Shown here in pieces: positions 54,040 through 63,862 of a DNA stretch of 64,000 nt (the first letter of the stretch is position 1; every line of letters starts with the position of its first letter). The position numbers were made by a program, and so were the translations under genes. The notes under the pieces are model-generated. The model saw nothing but the letters and a program-made list of their open reading frames with translations. It was not told the origin of the DNA and did no database searches. This DNA comes from Acidobacteriota bacterium. Its GTDB lineage: Bacteria > Acidobacteriota > Vicinamibacteria > Marinacidobacterales > Marinacidobacteraceae. The DNA lies in contig JAJDUD010000027.1 in the NCBI GenBank assembly GCA_022826825.1, positions 1,050 through 65,049 on the forward strand. The letters are read 5' to 3'.

Positions 54040-56031
54040 CTACTCCGTATTGTGCTGAAATGTTTCGAAGAAGCCTTCGTCCGTAACAACCATCCCGTCG
54101 TCGGTCACGGTACAGCCCTGACTCGCTAGTGCCGTATTTTCGTAGTCCGTCGCACCTTTCCGGAACAACGTGAGCAATCGGACACTGCCGCGTCCGGACC
54201 GAACCACACTCGGCACAAACTCGTTCCTCTCAGACGAAATAACGAACGCAACAAACTGGTCCGTAAGTAGCGGTACCAATTCGCCGATCTTCGGACGCAC
54301 CGCCAGATCGATCGGAATTGCCGGACTGTCAACAATAAAGGGCAAGCGATGCTGATCTGCCCTTCCCAAGAGCGTGGACAAGAACGCATAACCGATAGAG
54401 AGCGTCTCTCCTGCGCTGCCTCCCTCCTGATCCCTCAGCTTCAAGCAGCCATCGATTCTCTCCACACGAATGTCGTTGTGAGGCATCAACGCGCCAATTC
54501 GATCGTTCGTATCTTCGCAAATTGCATCCGTAATGGCTGTTCTAGCCTTGACCATCGCGGATTCTAGAACGCGAATCAACAAGTCTCGCTTCTGGCTCAA
54601 GCCTCGACTCTTGGTGACCTCTTCAACAGCACGCGTCAGGCGTTCAATGCCGTCACTTACGGTCTCTATCGAGAACACACGTTCAATGTCGACCGTCGAC
54701 GGCTGATCCAAGCGGACCATTTCGTCCCTATCGTTATAGGCCTTGAGTCGCTCGGTAATGGTCTCACGCTGAATTTTTAGGCGCCCAATTTGCTGCCCTA
54801 GGTCTCGCAGAACGTGATCTGGTTCCTCCACCTTCCGGGCAACGATGTCGCGTTGAGTCTTCGCCTGTTGCAGTGCGCGCGACTCATGATCGAGTTTCGC
54901 CACACGACGAGACACTAGTGCGGCAGGCGCCTGGCGTGAATCCCCAACGACATCCGCGATCTGTGACTTCATTGCGTTAAGCACGCTTACGTTGTCACTG
55001 CTGAGATAGGAGCGGGCGCGCGACTGAATTGCACGACGAACGTCCGCGTCGATAGAGCGACCGCAAACACACTCGCTCTCGGCCGCCAAGTCCTCGAAGA
55101 ATTCGCGCGCCGCGCTTTCTGGGAGTTTCGTATTATCAAGCGTTTCACGGAGCTCGAAAACGAGGTCCGCAAATCCCTCGGCTAACGCGTGTGGGTCGCG
55201 CATTTGTTCGAGAAGACTGCGCGAACTAGCATGAACGTTGTCGTTGAGTTGGGTGACCAACTGTTCGGCCTCACTAACGTCACGTTGGCGACCCCTATCC
55301 TGACTCAATTGGACGTCGTACTGTTCCTCTGCCCGACGCAGCGATTCCTGGACTGAGGAAAGCTCAGCATCCCAATGTTCCCTCTCGTGGTATAGCTTTT
55401 CGCGACGCTCCTTCCAGCGGCGCAATAGGTTAGTGCGGCGACTGTGGCCGCGCTGTTCACGTGCTCCTACATGCTGTGTCTGCCGTTCCCAGTACGACTC
55501 GATTGGACGCTCCATGTCACGAAAGATATTGAGCTGAAAGAGGCTCTCAACGGCAGTCTCGGCGTGTGTGTACTTTGGTTGGAGCAGGCGGTCTGCGAGT
55601 TCCCCGTCAAACACATAGAAATCGACGAACGCTTTGTTCATGAATCGCTTGACGCCGACGGGCGGATCGAAGCCCGCCTTCTGTCCGGCACCCCACGTGG
55701 TCTTGTATCCAACAGAACCCGTGTCGAAGTCAAAGTTCATGAGGATGGTGAGCCGCTTATCGTCGACCTGTAGACCTACCTCAAATAGTGCCGGACCATC
55801 CGATCCATTCTTTTTCGCCATGGCCCGCACAGCGTCCGGCGTCCAGTCACTAGCGGCACCGGAAAGCGCAGCCCGGAGAAGTGTCAGGGTAGTGGTTTTC
55901 CCCGTGCCATTAGGCATCTGGATTAGACAAACCGCGGCAGCGCTACCGTCGTTAAGCCGGCAATTCACTTCATGGTCCGGACAGCGAAGGCCCTTAGCCC
56001 GCCAGCCAAGTATGCGCAGGTTTGTAGTCAC
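54040..56031 (-). CDS. DndD-like / SMC-like ABC ATPase, a paralog of dndD
   Basis: 663 aa. N-terminal Walker A is CLIQMPNGTGKTTTLTLLRAAL. It has a central coiled coil. The C-terminal segment HRLPFIVDSPAIPIDL...FVAFVISSERNEF parallels DndD PLPHIVDTPLGRLD...QVILLSTDEEI. Confidence 0.6.
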   Translation of the reverse strand: MTTNLRILGWRAKGLRCPDHEVNCRLNDGSAAAVCLIQMPNGTGKTTTLTLLRAALSGAASDWTPDAVRAMAKKNGSDGPALFEVGLQVDDKRLTILMNFDFDTGSVGYKTTWGAGQKAGFDPPVGVKRFMNKAFVDFYVFDGELADRLLQPKYTHAETAVESLFQLNIFRDMERPIESYWERQTQHVGAREQRGHSRRTNLLRRWKERREKLYHEREHWDAELSSVQESLRRAEEQYDVQLSQDRGRQRDVSEAEQLVTQLNDNVHASSRSLLEQMRDPHALAEGFADLVFELRETLDNTKLPESAAREFFEDLAAESECVCGRSIDADVRRAIQSRARSYLSSDNVSVLNAMKSQIADVVGDSRQAPAALVSRRVAKLDHESRALQQAKTQRDIVARKVEEPDHVLRDLGQQIGRLKIQRETITERLKAYNDRDEMVRLDQPSTVDIERVFSIETVSDGIERLTRAVEEVTKSRGLSQKRDLLIRVLESAMVKARTAITDAICEDTNDRIGALMPHNDIRVERIDGCLKLRDQEGGSAGETLSIGYAFLSTLLGRADQHRLPFIVDSPAIPIDLAVRPKIGELVPLLTDQFVAFVISSERNEFVPSVVRSGRGSVRLLTLFRKGATDYENTALASQGCTVTDDGMVVTDEGFFETFQHNTE

Positions 56032-56033
56032 GG

Positions 56034-56297
56034 CTACGAATCAAGGCCGGCAGACGCGGCGGCGCCTTCGGCGTTAGAGCCAGGAGCGTCTCCTGACTCG
56101 TTTGGGGACCCTTCCGGTTCCAGGCGCACTTCCTTGTAAGCGAGATCAAGATGACGACGTGATGCGTCCAGGTCGTGGATATCCTCGGCGCCCGAAGCGA
56201 CGGCGGTAAACCAACCGATAAGCCTCCTGGCAAGTGCGGAACTTTGGCCGTGCTCTCTCGCAGCTTCGTGAATAGCGGTGCGGATTCGGGGATCCAT
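56034..56297 (-). CDS. Hypothetical 87-aa protein between the PLD-helicase and the DndD-like ATPase
   Basis: It lies 3 bp from the downstream gene and 13 bp from the upstream gene. It has no recognisable motif. Confidence 0.35.
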   Translation of the reverse strand: MDPRIRTAIHEAAREHGQSSALARRLIGWFTAVASGAEDIHDLDASRRHLDLAYKEVRLEPEGSPNESGDAPGSNAEGAAASAGLDS

Positions 56298-56309
56298 GGT
56301 TTAGGTGTC

Positions 56310-58193
56310 CTAGTCGGGGCGTAAGTTGGCTAGAGGTGATAGCCAATCACGGCGCTCTTCGTCCGCCGTAAGATCGGCGCCAGCTGTGCTGCCTCGAATG
56401 AAATCGACGATGTTGGCGATCTTTGTTGGGTTGTTCGGGTCGGTGCGAAGACACCGTCCGATCCTTTGGATGGTCTCAAGACGCGTGCGGTCAGAGGCGA
56501 ACAGAATGACAGAGTTCAAGGAGCGAATATCGATTCCCTCGGACAACCTATGGCAGGTCATTAGGCACTCTAAACGACCGCTCGCGAAGTCTTTGAGAAC
56601 TGCCTTCTCCTCGCCGGAATAGTACGTGTGGAAATCGGCTCGATGGCCGTGGATGATTTCTAGAATCGCGTTGCCATAGTCCCGGGTCTCTACAAACACG
56701 ATGGAGCGTTCGAGTAGGTCTTGGTGCGTCTCAATGAACTCAGCGAAGACGGGTATCTTGCCTTCGGCAGTCTTGTACACACGTGCGATGTCCGTCCACA
56801 CCTCCTGCTCGGACATTGGACTCCCCGCGGCGGTACGTGCGGCCTGTTTTCGATAGACGGCCTGGATACGTCTCTTATCGGCCTGCGACAGTTCGAAGGG
56901 TAGAGCAAAGTAGTGGAAGGGTGCCAGGATTCCGCGGCATATAGCCTGTTCGAGTCCGAAGCTCATTAGGACGGGCCCGATATGGGTCTCGATGAACTTG
57001 GTGCCTTCCTCATCGTATTTGCGCTCAGGCGTGGCACTCAGGCCCAGGCGGAAACGGACGGGATCGGAAAGCCCACCGAGTCGATTTCTATTGCCCTGAC
57101 TGCCGAGGCGATGGACTTCGTCGTGGATTAGAAGAGTTCGACCGGAATGGGCTGGGCTGAGTGAGCGGAGCGCTCGGTGGGCTTGGGGACGGGAGATCAG
57201 TAATACGGATCCGGCAGGAGATAGAATGAAGTCATTGAGTTGTTTGTGCTTCTCGTAGTGACGGAGAAGTTGATGTGTTTTTCGTACGGATGCAAACAAG
57301 CCGAGTACTTCTTCGTACCACTGATCAAGAAGGTCGATGCCATCGGTACAGACGATAATGGTATCGACGAGTCTTTTGTCGAATAGAGCCTCGATGATGT
57401 TGAGGGCAATCCGTGTCTTCCCCGTGCCAGTGGCCATATTGAGGACGCCGCGTTCTGCCTTCATGAAGACGGCCAGTGCCTCATCCTGGTGACGCCATTT
57501 GTTGTGCGATTTGGGCAATTCAGCGGCAGGTGAACGGGGAGTTTGAGACGCGCGGATCAATTTGCGGCGTGCCGCTTCGGGAAATTCGAAGACCAGAACC
57601 CCAGGATCCGTTTTATTCCACAGCGCCTCGAAATGCGCGCGCTTTCGGTGAGCACGCTTTGTGTCGTTCCAAGAGGAGTAGACGTCGACGCATTCGCGGT
57701 TGTTCTCGAATGCGTTTCGGCTTTCGTTGGACGATCCGGTGAAGGCGACGAAGTCCTGCTCGTCGAAGAAGATGCCGATCTTCTCGTGATACAGCCCAGT
57801 ACCGTTCTTCGGAACGGCGATCCGAATCTCCAAGCGCTTTAGTTCGAGCAGGAGGGCAAGACGCGCGGTCCCGTCACCAACGCCCTCTGAAAAGGTTGTG
57901 TCAATAATGTGTTCAAGGCGTTGGCTACAGATTTCTTTCTTGGTGATGCCGGACTTGATGGCCTCTAGGTCATCAGCCGATAGTTCGACGGACGTAATGA
58001 GACGAATGTGCCCGTCTCGCTTCAGGAACGCGCCCAAAGGGGCGCCAAATGACTCTAGAGCTGAACTAGAGAAGTAACCGACGGCACGCCAATAGTGTTT
58101 GGCCGCGTGCAGAGACGGGCGAAATAGATCGGCGACTAGGTCGTCGTAGCCGGAACGGTAGTCGGGCTTGTATTGAATCTCCCGTAGAGCCAT
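56310..58193 (-). CDS. PLD-family (HKD) nuclease fused to an SF2 DEAD/DEAH-type helicase, restriction-enzyme-like
   Basis: 627 aa. The N-terminal HxK motif is HEKIGIF. Helicase motif I is MATGTGKTRIAL, motif II is DEVH, motif III is SATP. The C-terminal RecA domain reads QRIGRCLR. Its GC content is lower than that of its surroundings. Confidence 0.7.
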   Translation of the reverse strand: MALREIQYKPDYRSGYDDLVADLFRPSLHAAKHYWRAVGYFSSSALESFGAPLGAFLKRDGHIRLITSVELSADDLEAIKSGITKKEICSQRLEHIIDTTFSEGVGDGTARLALLLELKRLEIRIAVPKNGTGLYHEKIGIFFDEQDFVAFTGSSNESRNAFENNRECVDVYSSWNDTKRAHRKRAHFEALWNKTDPGVLVFEFPEAARRKLIRASQTPRSPAAELPKSHNKWRHQDEALAVFMKAERGVLNMATGTGKTRIALNIIEALFDKRLVDTIIVCTDGIDLLDQWYEEVLGLFASVRKTHQLLRHYEKHKQLNDFILSPAGSVLLISRPQAHRALRSLSPAHSGRTLLIHDEVHRLGSQGNRNRLGGLSDPVRFRLGLSATPERKYDEEGTKFIETHIGPVLMSFGLEQAICRGILAPFHYFALPFELSQADKRRIQAVYRKQAARTAAGSPMSEQEVWTDIARVYKTAEGKIPVFAEFIETHQDLLERSIVFVETRDYGNAILEIIHGHRADFHTYYSGEEKAVLKDFASGRLECLMTCHRLSEGIDIRSLNSVILFASDRTRLETIQRIGRCLRTDPNNPTKIANIVDFIRGSTAGADLTADEERRDWLSPLANLRPD

Positions 58194-58580
58194 CGTGCGG
58201 GTAGTGCGGGATTACGGAGCTCTGAGGATGCTCAGGACTTGGGACCTGCTGCTCCGGGAACGTGGGATAGGAAGGGGATGAAATCGCCACCGAGGGCTGT
58301 CGAAGCCGAGTTTCCGCGACCGACTGTAATGGCCACGTGACAGATGTTACGCGAAACGGGATGAGGGCACCCGTCAAGAGTGATCGATGCTTGGGAAGGG
58401 TGACCGCCGAGACCTGGGACCGGGGGTCGAATGCCAAACAGTCACGAGGGCGCCGACATGAGTAGGGGTGCCGGGCGCTGGTCCCGAGGCCGGAGCTTCC
58501 GCATCTGCTGGTGAACCTGCGGTGCGTAAAGGCAGATTACGACATTGAGTGAACTCCAACATTTACGCTAATTTCCTGCA

Positions 58581-59834
58581 ATGCCCCGTTTCGAGCGCAG
58601 CCAGGTCGCCGCCCTGGCAAACCGCCTCCGCGAGACGCCCCGCCGGATCGTGGCGGTGTTCGGGCCCCGACAGACGGGCAAGACCACCATCATCCGGCAG
58701 GCGCTAGTCCGCTGCGGGATGCCGTTCCGCTACATCGCGGTGGACGAGCCGGACCCTTCGCCCGGGCGCCGCCCGGGGCGGGACGCGCCGCGGACGGATC
58801 CGTTCCCGGCCGCGATGCGGGACGAACGCTGGCTTGTGCAGTGCTGGGAGACCGCGCGCGAGGAAGCCGCGGCGGGCCGGGGCTTCGTGCTGGCGCTCGA
58901 CGAGATCCAGAAGGTCCCCCGTTGGTCGGAGGTAGTCAAGGGACTCTGGGACGCGGACCGGCTCGCCGACCGTGCCCTGCGGGTCGTGATCGCCGGATCG
59001 AGTCCGATGACGATGCAGCAGGGCCTGAACGAGAGCCTGGCCGGGCGTTTCGAGACGATGCCGGTGGCGCAGTGGTCGTTCCCGGAGATTGCCGCGGCCT
59101 TCGGTTTCGACATCGACCGCTACGTCTTCTACGGCGGCTACCCCGGCGCGGCGCCGCACGCCGGAACCCCTCCGGAGTGGCGCGACTACGTGCGCCGCTC
59201 GATCGCGGACGCGAGCGTCGAGCGCGACGTGCTGGCGATGACCCGGGTGGACCGGCCGGCGCTGCTGACGCGCCTCTTCCGGCTCGCCTGTCAGATGTCG
59301 GGGCAGATGGTCGCCTACAACAAGATGCTCGGCCAGCTCCGGGACGCGGGCAACACGACCACGCTCGCCCGCTATCTCGACCTGCTGGGCCGCGTCGGAC
59401 TGGTCGCCGGACTCGCGCGCTACGCGGGGCCGCTGTCCGACCGGGCGGCCAGCCCCAAGCTGAATGTCCTCGACACCTCTCTGATGACCGCGGCGTCCGG
59501 TTACACCTTCGAGGAGGCGGAGGCGGACCGCACCTTCTGGGGCCGGGTCGTCGAGACCGCCGTGGGGGCGCACCTCGTCAACACCGGTGGGATCGGCCTC
59601 CGCGTCCACTACTGGCGGGACGACGCGCACGAAGTGGACTTCGTGATCGAACGCGGGCCGAAGCTGGCGGCGATCGAGGTCAAGACCGGACGCGACCGGT
59701 CGAGCGGCCGCGGCCTCGCGGCGTTCCAGCAGCGCTACGAGCACGCCCGCACGGTCCTCGTGGGGCCGGGAGGCGTTTCCCTGGCGGATTTCCTCGGCCA
59801 ACCCGCCACGTACTGGGTGGCGCCGGACGAATGA
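58581..59834 (+). CDS. AAA-family ATPase with a DUF4143 C-terminal domain (AAA_14/DUF4143 family)
   Basis: 417 aa. Walker A is FGPRQTGKTT, Walker B is LALDEIQ. The DUF4143-like tail reads HYWRDDAHEVDFVIERGPKLAAIEVK. Its stop overlaps the start of the next gene as ATGA. Confidence 0.7.
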   Translation: MPRFERSQVAALANRLRETPRRIVAVFGPRQTGKTTIIRQALVRCGMPFRYIAVDEPDPSPGRRPGRDAPRTDPFPAAMRDERWLVQCWETAREEAAAGRGFVLALDEIQKVPRWSEVVKGLWDADRLADRALRVVIAGSSPMTMQQGLNESLAGRFETMPVAQWSFPEIAAAFGFDIDRYVFYGGYPGAAPHAGTPPEWRDYVRRSIADASVERDVLAMTRVDRPALLTRLFRLACQMSGQMVAYNKMLGQLRDAGNTTTLARYLDLLGRVGLVAGLARYAGPLSDRAASPKLNVLDTSLMTAASGYTFEEAEADRTFWGRVVETAVGAHLVNTGGIGLRVHYWRDDAHEVDFVIERGPKLAAIEVKTGRDRSSGRGLAAFQQRYEHARTVLVGPGGVSLADFLGQPATYWVAPDE

Positions 59835-62800
59835 CCTTGGTACCCCGCACCGTCACCGAAGCCGGCGACGACCGGTCCCGCCCGCTTGCCGCCTTCCGCG
59901 ACGCCGGAGCCTTCGTGCTCCTCGGCGATCCGGGAGCGGGCAAGACGACCGAGTTCCGCCGTGAGGTCGAGGCCCTGGGGGCCGACGCGCTGTTCCTTCC
60001 GGTCCGGGACTTCCTCACGTTCGCCGGAACCCGTGCCGACGCGTGGTCCGGGAAGACGCTGTTTCTTGACGGACTCGACGAGGTGCGGGCGGGACAGGGT
60101 GATCCGCGAGCGGTGCTCAACGACGTGCGGCGACAACTCGATGCGCTCGGCAGGCCGCCGTTCCGGCTCGCGTGCCGCGCGACGGACTGGCTCGGGAGCG
60201 ATCGGGAACGCCTGAGGGCGGTGTCCCCGGACGAAACCGTCACCGCGCTTCGACTCGATCCGCTCCGCGATCCGGACATCGAGTACTTGCTGGACGCGAA
60301 CCTGGGCGATGCCGAGGCCCGGCGTTTCCTGAAGTCCGCCGGGGAGAAGGGTCTCTCCGGGTGGCTGCGGAACCCGCAGGGCGTCGAAATCCTCATCACG
60401 GCCTTCGCTGCCGGTCGCGGCTGGCCCGCAAGCCGCCGGGCGGCGTTCGAGGCCGCCTGCCTCCGCATGGCCGGCGAGCGCAACACCGAGCATCGGGACG
60501 CGGCGAAGGGCCGGCCGAGTCCTGCTGAAATCCTGGACGCCGCCGCCGAACTCTCCGCGACGCTGCTGCTCTGCGGAGCGGTCGGGTGTTCGCTCGACGC
60601 CTCGTCATCGGACGACGGTTTCCCGTCACTGGACGAACTGCGCCCGACCGATCGGAGTCTGGCGCGGGCCGCCCTCGACACCAAACTGTTCACCGAGGCT
60701 GTCCCGGCCGGCGTCCGGCGGTTCGCACCCCATCACCGCCAGATCGCCGAGTTCCTGGGAGCGCGGTACCTCGCGCGGAGGATCGAGAGCGGCCTGCCCA
60801 TCGGCCGGGTGTTCGCTCTCCTGACGGCGCCGGACGGCGCCCCGCCGACGCCCCTCCGCGGTCTTGCCGCGTGGCTCGCCGCCCACCACCGGCCGGCCCG
60901 GGCGCGCCTGATCGAACGGGACGCCGTCGGCATGGCGGCCTACGGGGACCTCCACGATTTCTCACCCGGCGAGAAGGCGCGACTCCTGAACCGGATCCAC
61001 GCTCAGGATCCGAAACTGGACGCCGGACGGCTGCCCGAGGACGCGCTGCGATCCCTTGCCATCCCCGATCTGGCCTCGACCCTCCGGCAGGTCCTTGAAG
61101 CAACGGGCCGCGAAGACGCCGACCAGGTCGTCACCGGTTTCGTGCTCCGGGCGCTGGCGCTCGGCGAGCCGATGCCGGAGTTCACGGGTCTCCTCCTCGA
61201 GATCGTCCGCGATGAAACCCGGTGGTCCGTCGTCCACCGGCGAGCGCTGGATGCCTTCTTCCACAACTGCGTGGCTGCGGAGGCGCGGCGGGACGGCGCG
61301 CACCGGCTCCTGCTTGACATCCGCCGCGGCGAGGTCCGCGATGTCGACCGGGAGCTTCTCGGAACCCTCCTTGCCCGGATGTATCCCGAAGAGATTCCAC
61401 CCGGGGAGATTTGGAACTACCTCCTCGACCACCCGACCCGGCTCATCGGCCGGTACTACATGTTCTGGCGGCAAGATCTCTTCGACCGTACGCGGGAAGG
61501 CCGTTTCCCCGATCTGCTGGAGACCGTCGGCTCCCGACTCCCGGGATTGCGGTCAGTGCTGCACTCGCGCTTCCTCGAGGATCTTCCCGTCGCACTGCTT
61601 GCCCGGACGTTGGAGAGCGTTGGGGACCGAACGCCGGTGACTCGGGTGCACGATTGGCTCCGCATCGGGGCTCGCTCTCGAATCGCGCACCCGCACGCCA
61701 CCGAACCCGTTCGGAATATCCGCGCATTCCTCGAACGGCGTCCCGAGTTGCACAAGGCACTCTGGCTGGAGGGGTTGCGGCGGTGCCCGGAAGCGAACGA
61801 CCTTCTGGCCTGCGTTCGGCAGGTGGAGGAGAACCTGTACGGGGCCAACCTGCCGGATGACTTCGGGAGGTTCTGTCTGGAACAGGCCCTGAAGGTGGCG
61901 GACGGCCGGCCTCGGCTGGCGGAGTGGCTGCTCGGGGAGGCCATCAAGCGTGCCGCCGAAGAGGGAATCACTCTGGAGGAACTCGACGAACGGACGCGCC
62001 GGCGCGGGCGTCTGGAGGAGCGGCTTCCAGATTTGCTGCGAACCCCGCTGTCGCCCGGGTATCTCGGGATCAAGCGCGACAGGAAGGACTACACGGCGGA
62101 ACGCAGAGAGCGGGTTGGGCAGTGGGAGCGCCGCGTGCGCTCGGAAGTCGTGGCGCTCCGGGAGAATCGGGCGGTGCCGCAGTTGCTGCACGGGGTCGCG
62201 CAGGCGTATCTCGGGACACTGCAGCAGTACTTCGGCGGCCCGGACGATGGAGACTGGTTCTCCGATGCGACCCTCGTGGAGGCGGCGCTTCGCGGACTGA
62301 GCGGCGTCCCGTTCCGCGATGATGTCCCCGAGGTGGCGGAGATCCTTCGCCTGCGCGCCGAATCCCGGTTCCACTATCTCTCGTTGCCGTTTCTCGCCGG
62401 ACTCGAAGTAATGGAGAGAGAGGATCCGGAGCGACTCGCTACCCTCGACGACACGCAGCGACGGACCGCACTGACCCTCTACTACACGCTCCCGACGGGT
62501 CGGCTGGAGACACCTCCGTGGTATCGAGAACTGCTGCGGTCGCGCCCGGAGTTGGTTGCCGAGGTTCTCCTCCGCTGGGCCAAACCCAACATCGCCGCCG
62601 GGAGCGACAGCCTCGTGCATCTGGATCGTCTGGTCAGGGACCAGGATCACGCGGAGGTGGCCCGCCGAGTCTCGCTACCGCTCTTGCGGGGTTTCCCGTT
62701 GCGCGGCCTGGGAACGCAGCTTCGGGTCCTTGACTGTCTGCTCTGGGCGGCCCTGCGGCACGCCGACCGGACGGAACTCCAGAAGATCATTGAGCGCAAA

Positions 62801-63841
62801 GTCGCCTCGAAGAGCGTCACCACCGCGCAGCGGGCGCACTGGCTGGCGGCGGGTCTGGTCGCCGCCCCGGAGGACTACCGGGTCCGGTTCGACGAATTCA
62901 CGCGGGCCCAGGACGAGGCCACGCGCGAGGTGGCGGTCTTTCTGTGCCCCGATCGGGCCGTCCCGTTCCGGGTGAGCGTCACGGATCCTGCGACTCTGAG
63001 GCTGCTCGTCCAGCGATTCGCGCCGATGTTCGCGCCGGACGAGGAGTGGAAGGAAGGTCTAATGGACCTTCCGGACAGGGCGGCGGCAAAGACACATGCG
63101 TGGATCGAGATCCTCGGTGCGCAGCCGAGCGCCGCGGCGGGCGAGGCGCTGGACTCGCTGCTCGCGGATCCGACTCTCGCCGAGTGGAGGCGGACACTGG
63201 AGTTCGCGCGCGACCGCCAGCGCACTGCGAGCCGCGACGCCGGCTATGCGCCTGCTTCGGTGGAGCGCGTTGCGGAGACGTTGCGCGGAGGACGTCCGAC
63301 CAACGCGGCCGACCTACTGGCACTTGTCACCGATCATCTCGACGATCTCGCGGCCGACCTACGCGGTGGGGACGAGAACGCTTGGCGCGGCTTCTGGAAT
63401 GAGGACTCGTACGGACGTCCCGCGAGTCCCAAGCCGGAGAACTCGTGCCGCGATGCGGTGCTTGGGGCGCTGCGCCGGAGGTTGGGCGGTCGGATCGACG
63501 TGCTGCCCGAGGCGGGTCACGTCGGCGGCGCCCGCAGTGACCTCCGCGTGTCCTGCGACGGAATGGCCGTTCCCATCGAAATCAAGCGCGCGGGCCATCC
63601 GGGCCTCTGGACGGCCGTCTCCGAACAGCTCATCCCGAAGTACACGACGCTCCCGGCGGCCGACGGCCATGGGATCTACCTCGTCCTCTGGTTCGGCGGA
63701 GACCACGTCGGCAAGGGTCCGTCCGACCGGCGGCCGACGACTCCGGAGGATCTAAGGAAGGCTCTCGAGGAGCCGTCCCACGACGGCGAGCCGAAGATTC
63801 AGGTACGCGTTCTCGATGTGACCTCGCCCACCGTTCGGTAG
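59831..63841 (+). CDS. 1337-aa NACHT-type STAND NTPase with a long helical C-terminal region and a terminal PD-(D/E)xK nuclease-like domain
   Basis: Walker A is VLLGDPGAGKTTEF. The NACHT-type Walker B is LFLDGLDEV. The NACHT-associated motif reads FAPHHRQIAEFLGARYL (FxHxxxQEFLAA-like). About 900 aa of alpha-helical sequence follows. The C-terminus reads VLPEAGHVGGARSDLRVSCDGMAVPIEIKRAG (E...D...ExK). The longer ORF 58841.. is a frame overlap with the upstream gene and is rejected. Confidence 0.6.
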   Translation: MTLVPRTVTEAGDDRSRPLAAFRDAGAFVLLGDPGAGKTTEFRREVEALGADALFLPVRDFLTFAGTRADAWSGKTLFLDGLDEVRAGQGDPRAVLNDVRRQLDALGRPPFRLACRATDWLGSDRERLRAVSPDETVTALRLDPLRDPDIEYLLDANLGDAEARRFLKSAGEKGLSGWLRNPQGVEILITAFAAGRGWPASRRAAFEAACLRMAGERNTEHRDAAKGRPSPAEILDAAAELSATLLLCGAVGCSLDASSSDDGFPSLDELRPTDRSLARAALDTKLFTEAVPAGVRRFAPHHRQIAEFLGARYLARRIESGLPIGRVFALLTAPDGAPPTPLRGLAAWLAAHHRPARARLIERDAVGMAAYGDLHDFSPGEKARLLNRIHAQDPKLDAGRLPEDALRSLAIPDLASTLRQVLEATGREDADQVVTGFVLRALALGEPMPEFTGLLLEIVRDETRWSVVHRRALDAFFHNCVAAEARRDGAHRLLLDIRRGEVRDVDRELLGTLLARMYPEEIPPGEIWNYLLDHPTRLIGRYYMFWRQDLFDRTREGRFPDLLETVGSRLPGLRSVLHSRFLEDLPVALLARTLESVGDRTPVTRVHDWLRIGARSRIAHPHATEPVRNIRAFLERRPELHKALWLEGLRRCPEANDLLACVRQVEENLYGANLPDDFGRFCLEQALKVADGRPRLAEWLLGEAIKRAAEEGITLEELDERTRRRGRLEERLPDLLRTPLSPGYLGIKRDRKDYTAERRERVGQWERRVRSEVVALRENRAVPQLLHGVAQAYLGTLQQYFGGPDDGDWFSDATLVEAALRGLSGVPFRDDVPEVAEILRLRAESRFHYLSLPFLAGLEVMEREDPERLATLDDTQRRTALTLYYTLPTGRLETPPWYRELLRSRPELVAEVLLRWAKPNIAAGSDSLVHLDRLVRDQDHAEVARRVSLPLLRGFPLRGLGTQLRVLDCLLWAALRHADRTELQKIIERKVASKSVTTAQRAHWLAAGLVAAPEDYRVRFDEFTRAQDEATREVAVFLCPDRAVPFRVSVTDPATLRLLVQRFAPMFAPDEEWKEGLMDLPDRAAAKTHAWIEILGAQPSAAAGEALDSLLADPTLAEWRRTLEFARDRQRTASRDAGYAPASVERVAETLRGGRPTNAADLLALVTDHLDDLAADLRGGDENAWRGFWNEDSYGRPASPKPENSCRDAVLGALRRRLGGRIDVLPEAGHVGGARSDLRVSCDGMAVPIEIKRAGHPGLWTAVSEQLIPKYTTLPAADGHGIYLVLWFGGDHVGKGPSDRRPTTPEDLRKALEEPSHDGEPKIQVRVLDVTSPTVR

Positions 63842-63862
63842 AGCGGCGCCGGCGAATCGCCG

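Noticed and set aside
58841-59830. Upstream 330 codons of the 1666-aa ORF 58841..63841, and the 365-aa antisense ORF 58704..59801
   Set aside because: This region is the DUF4143 ATPase gene read in another frame. The NACHT protein most plausibly begins at the ATG at 59831, overlapping the ATPase stop.
63842-63862. Possible additional small gene between the NACHT stop and the convergent DUF4143 ATPase
   Set aside because: It is only a 21-bp gap between convergent stop codons, too short for a gene.
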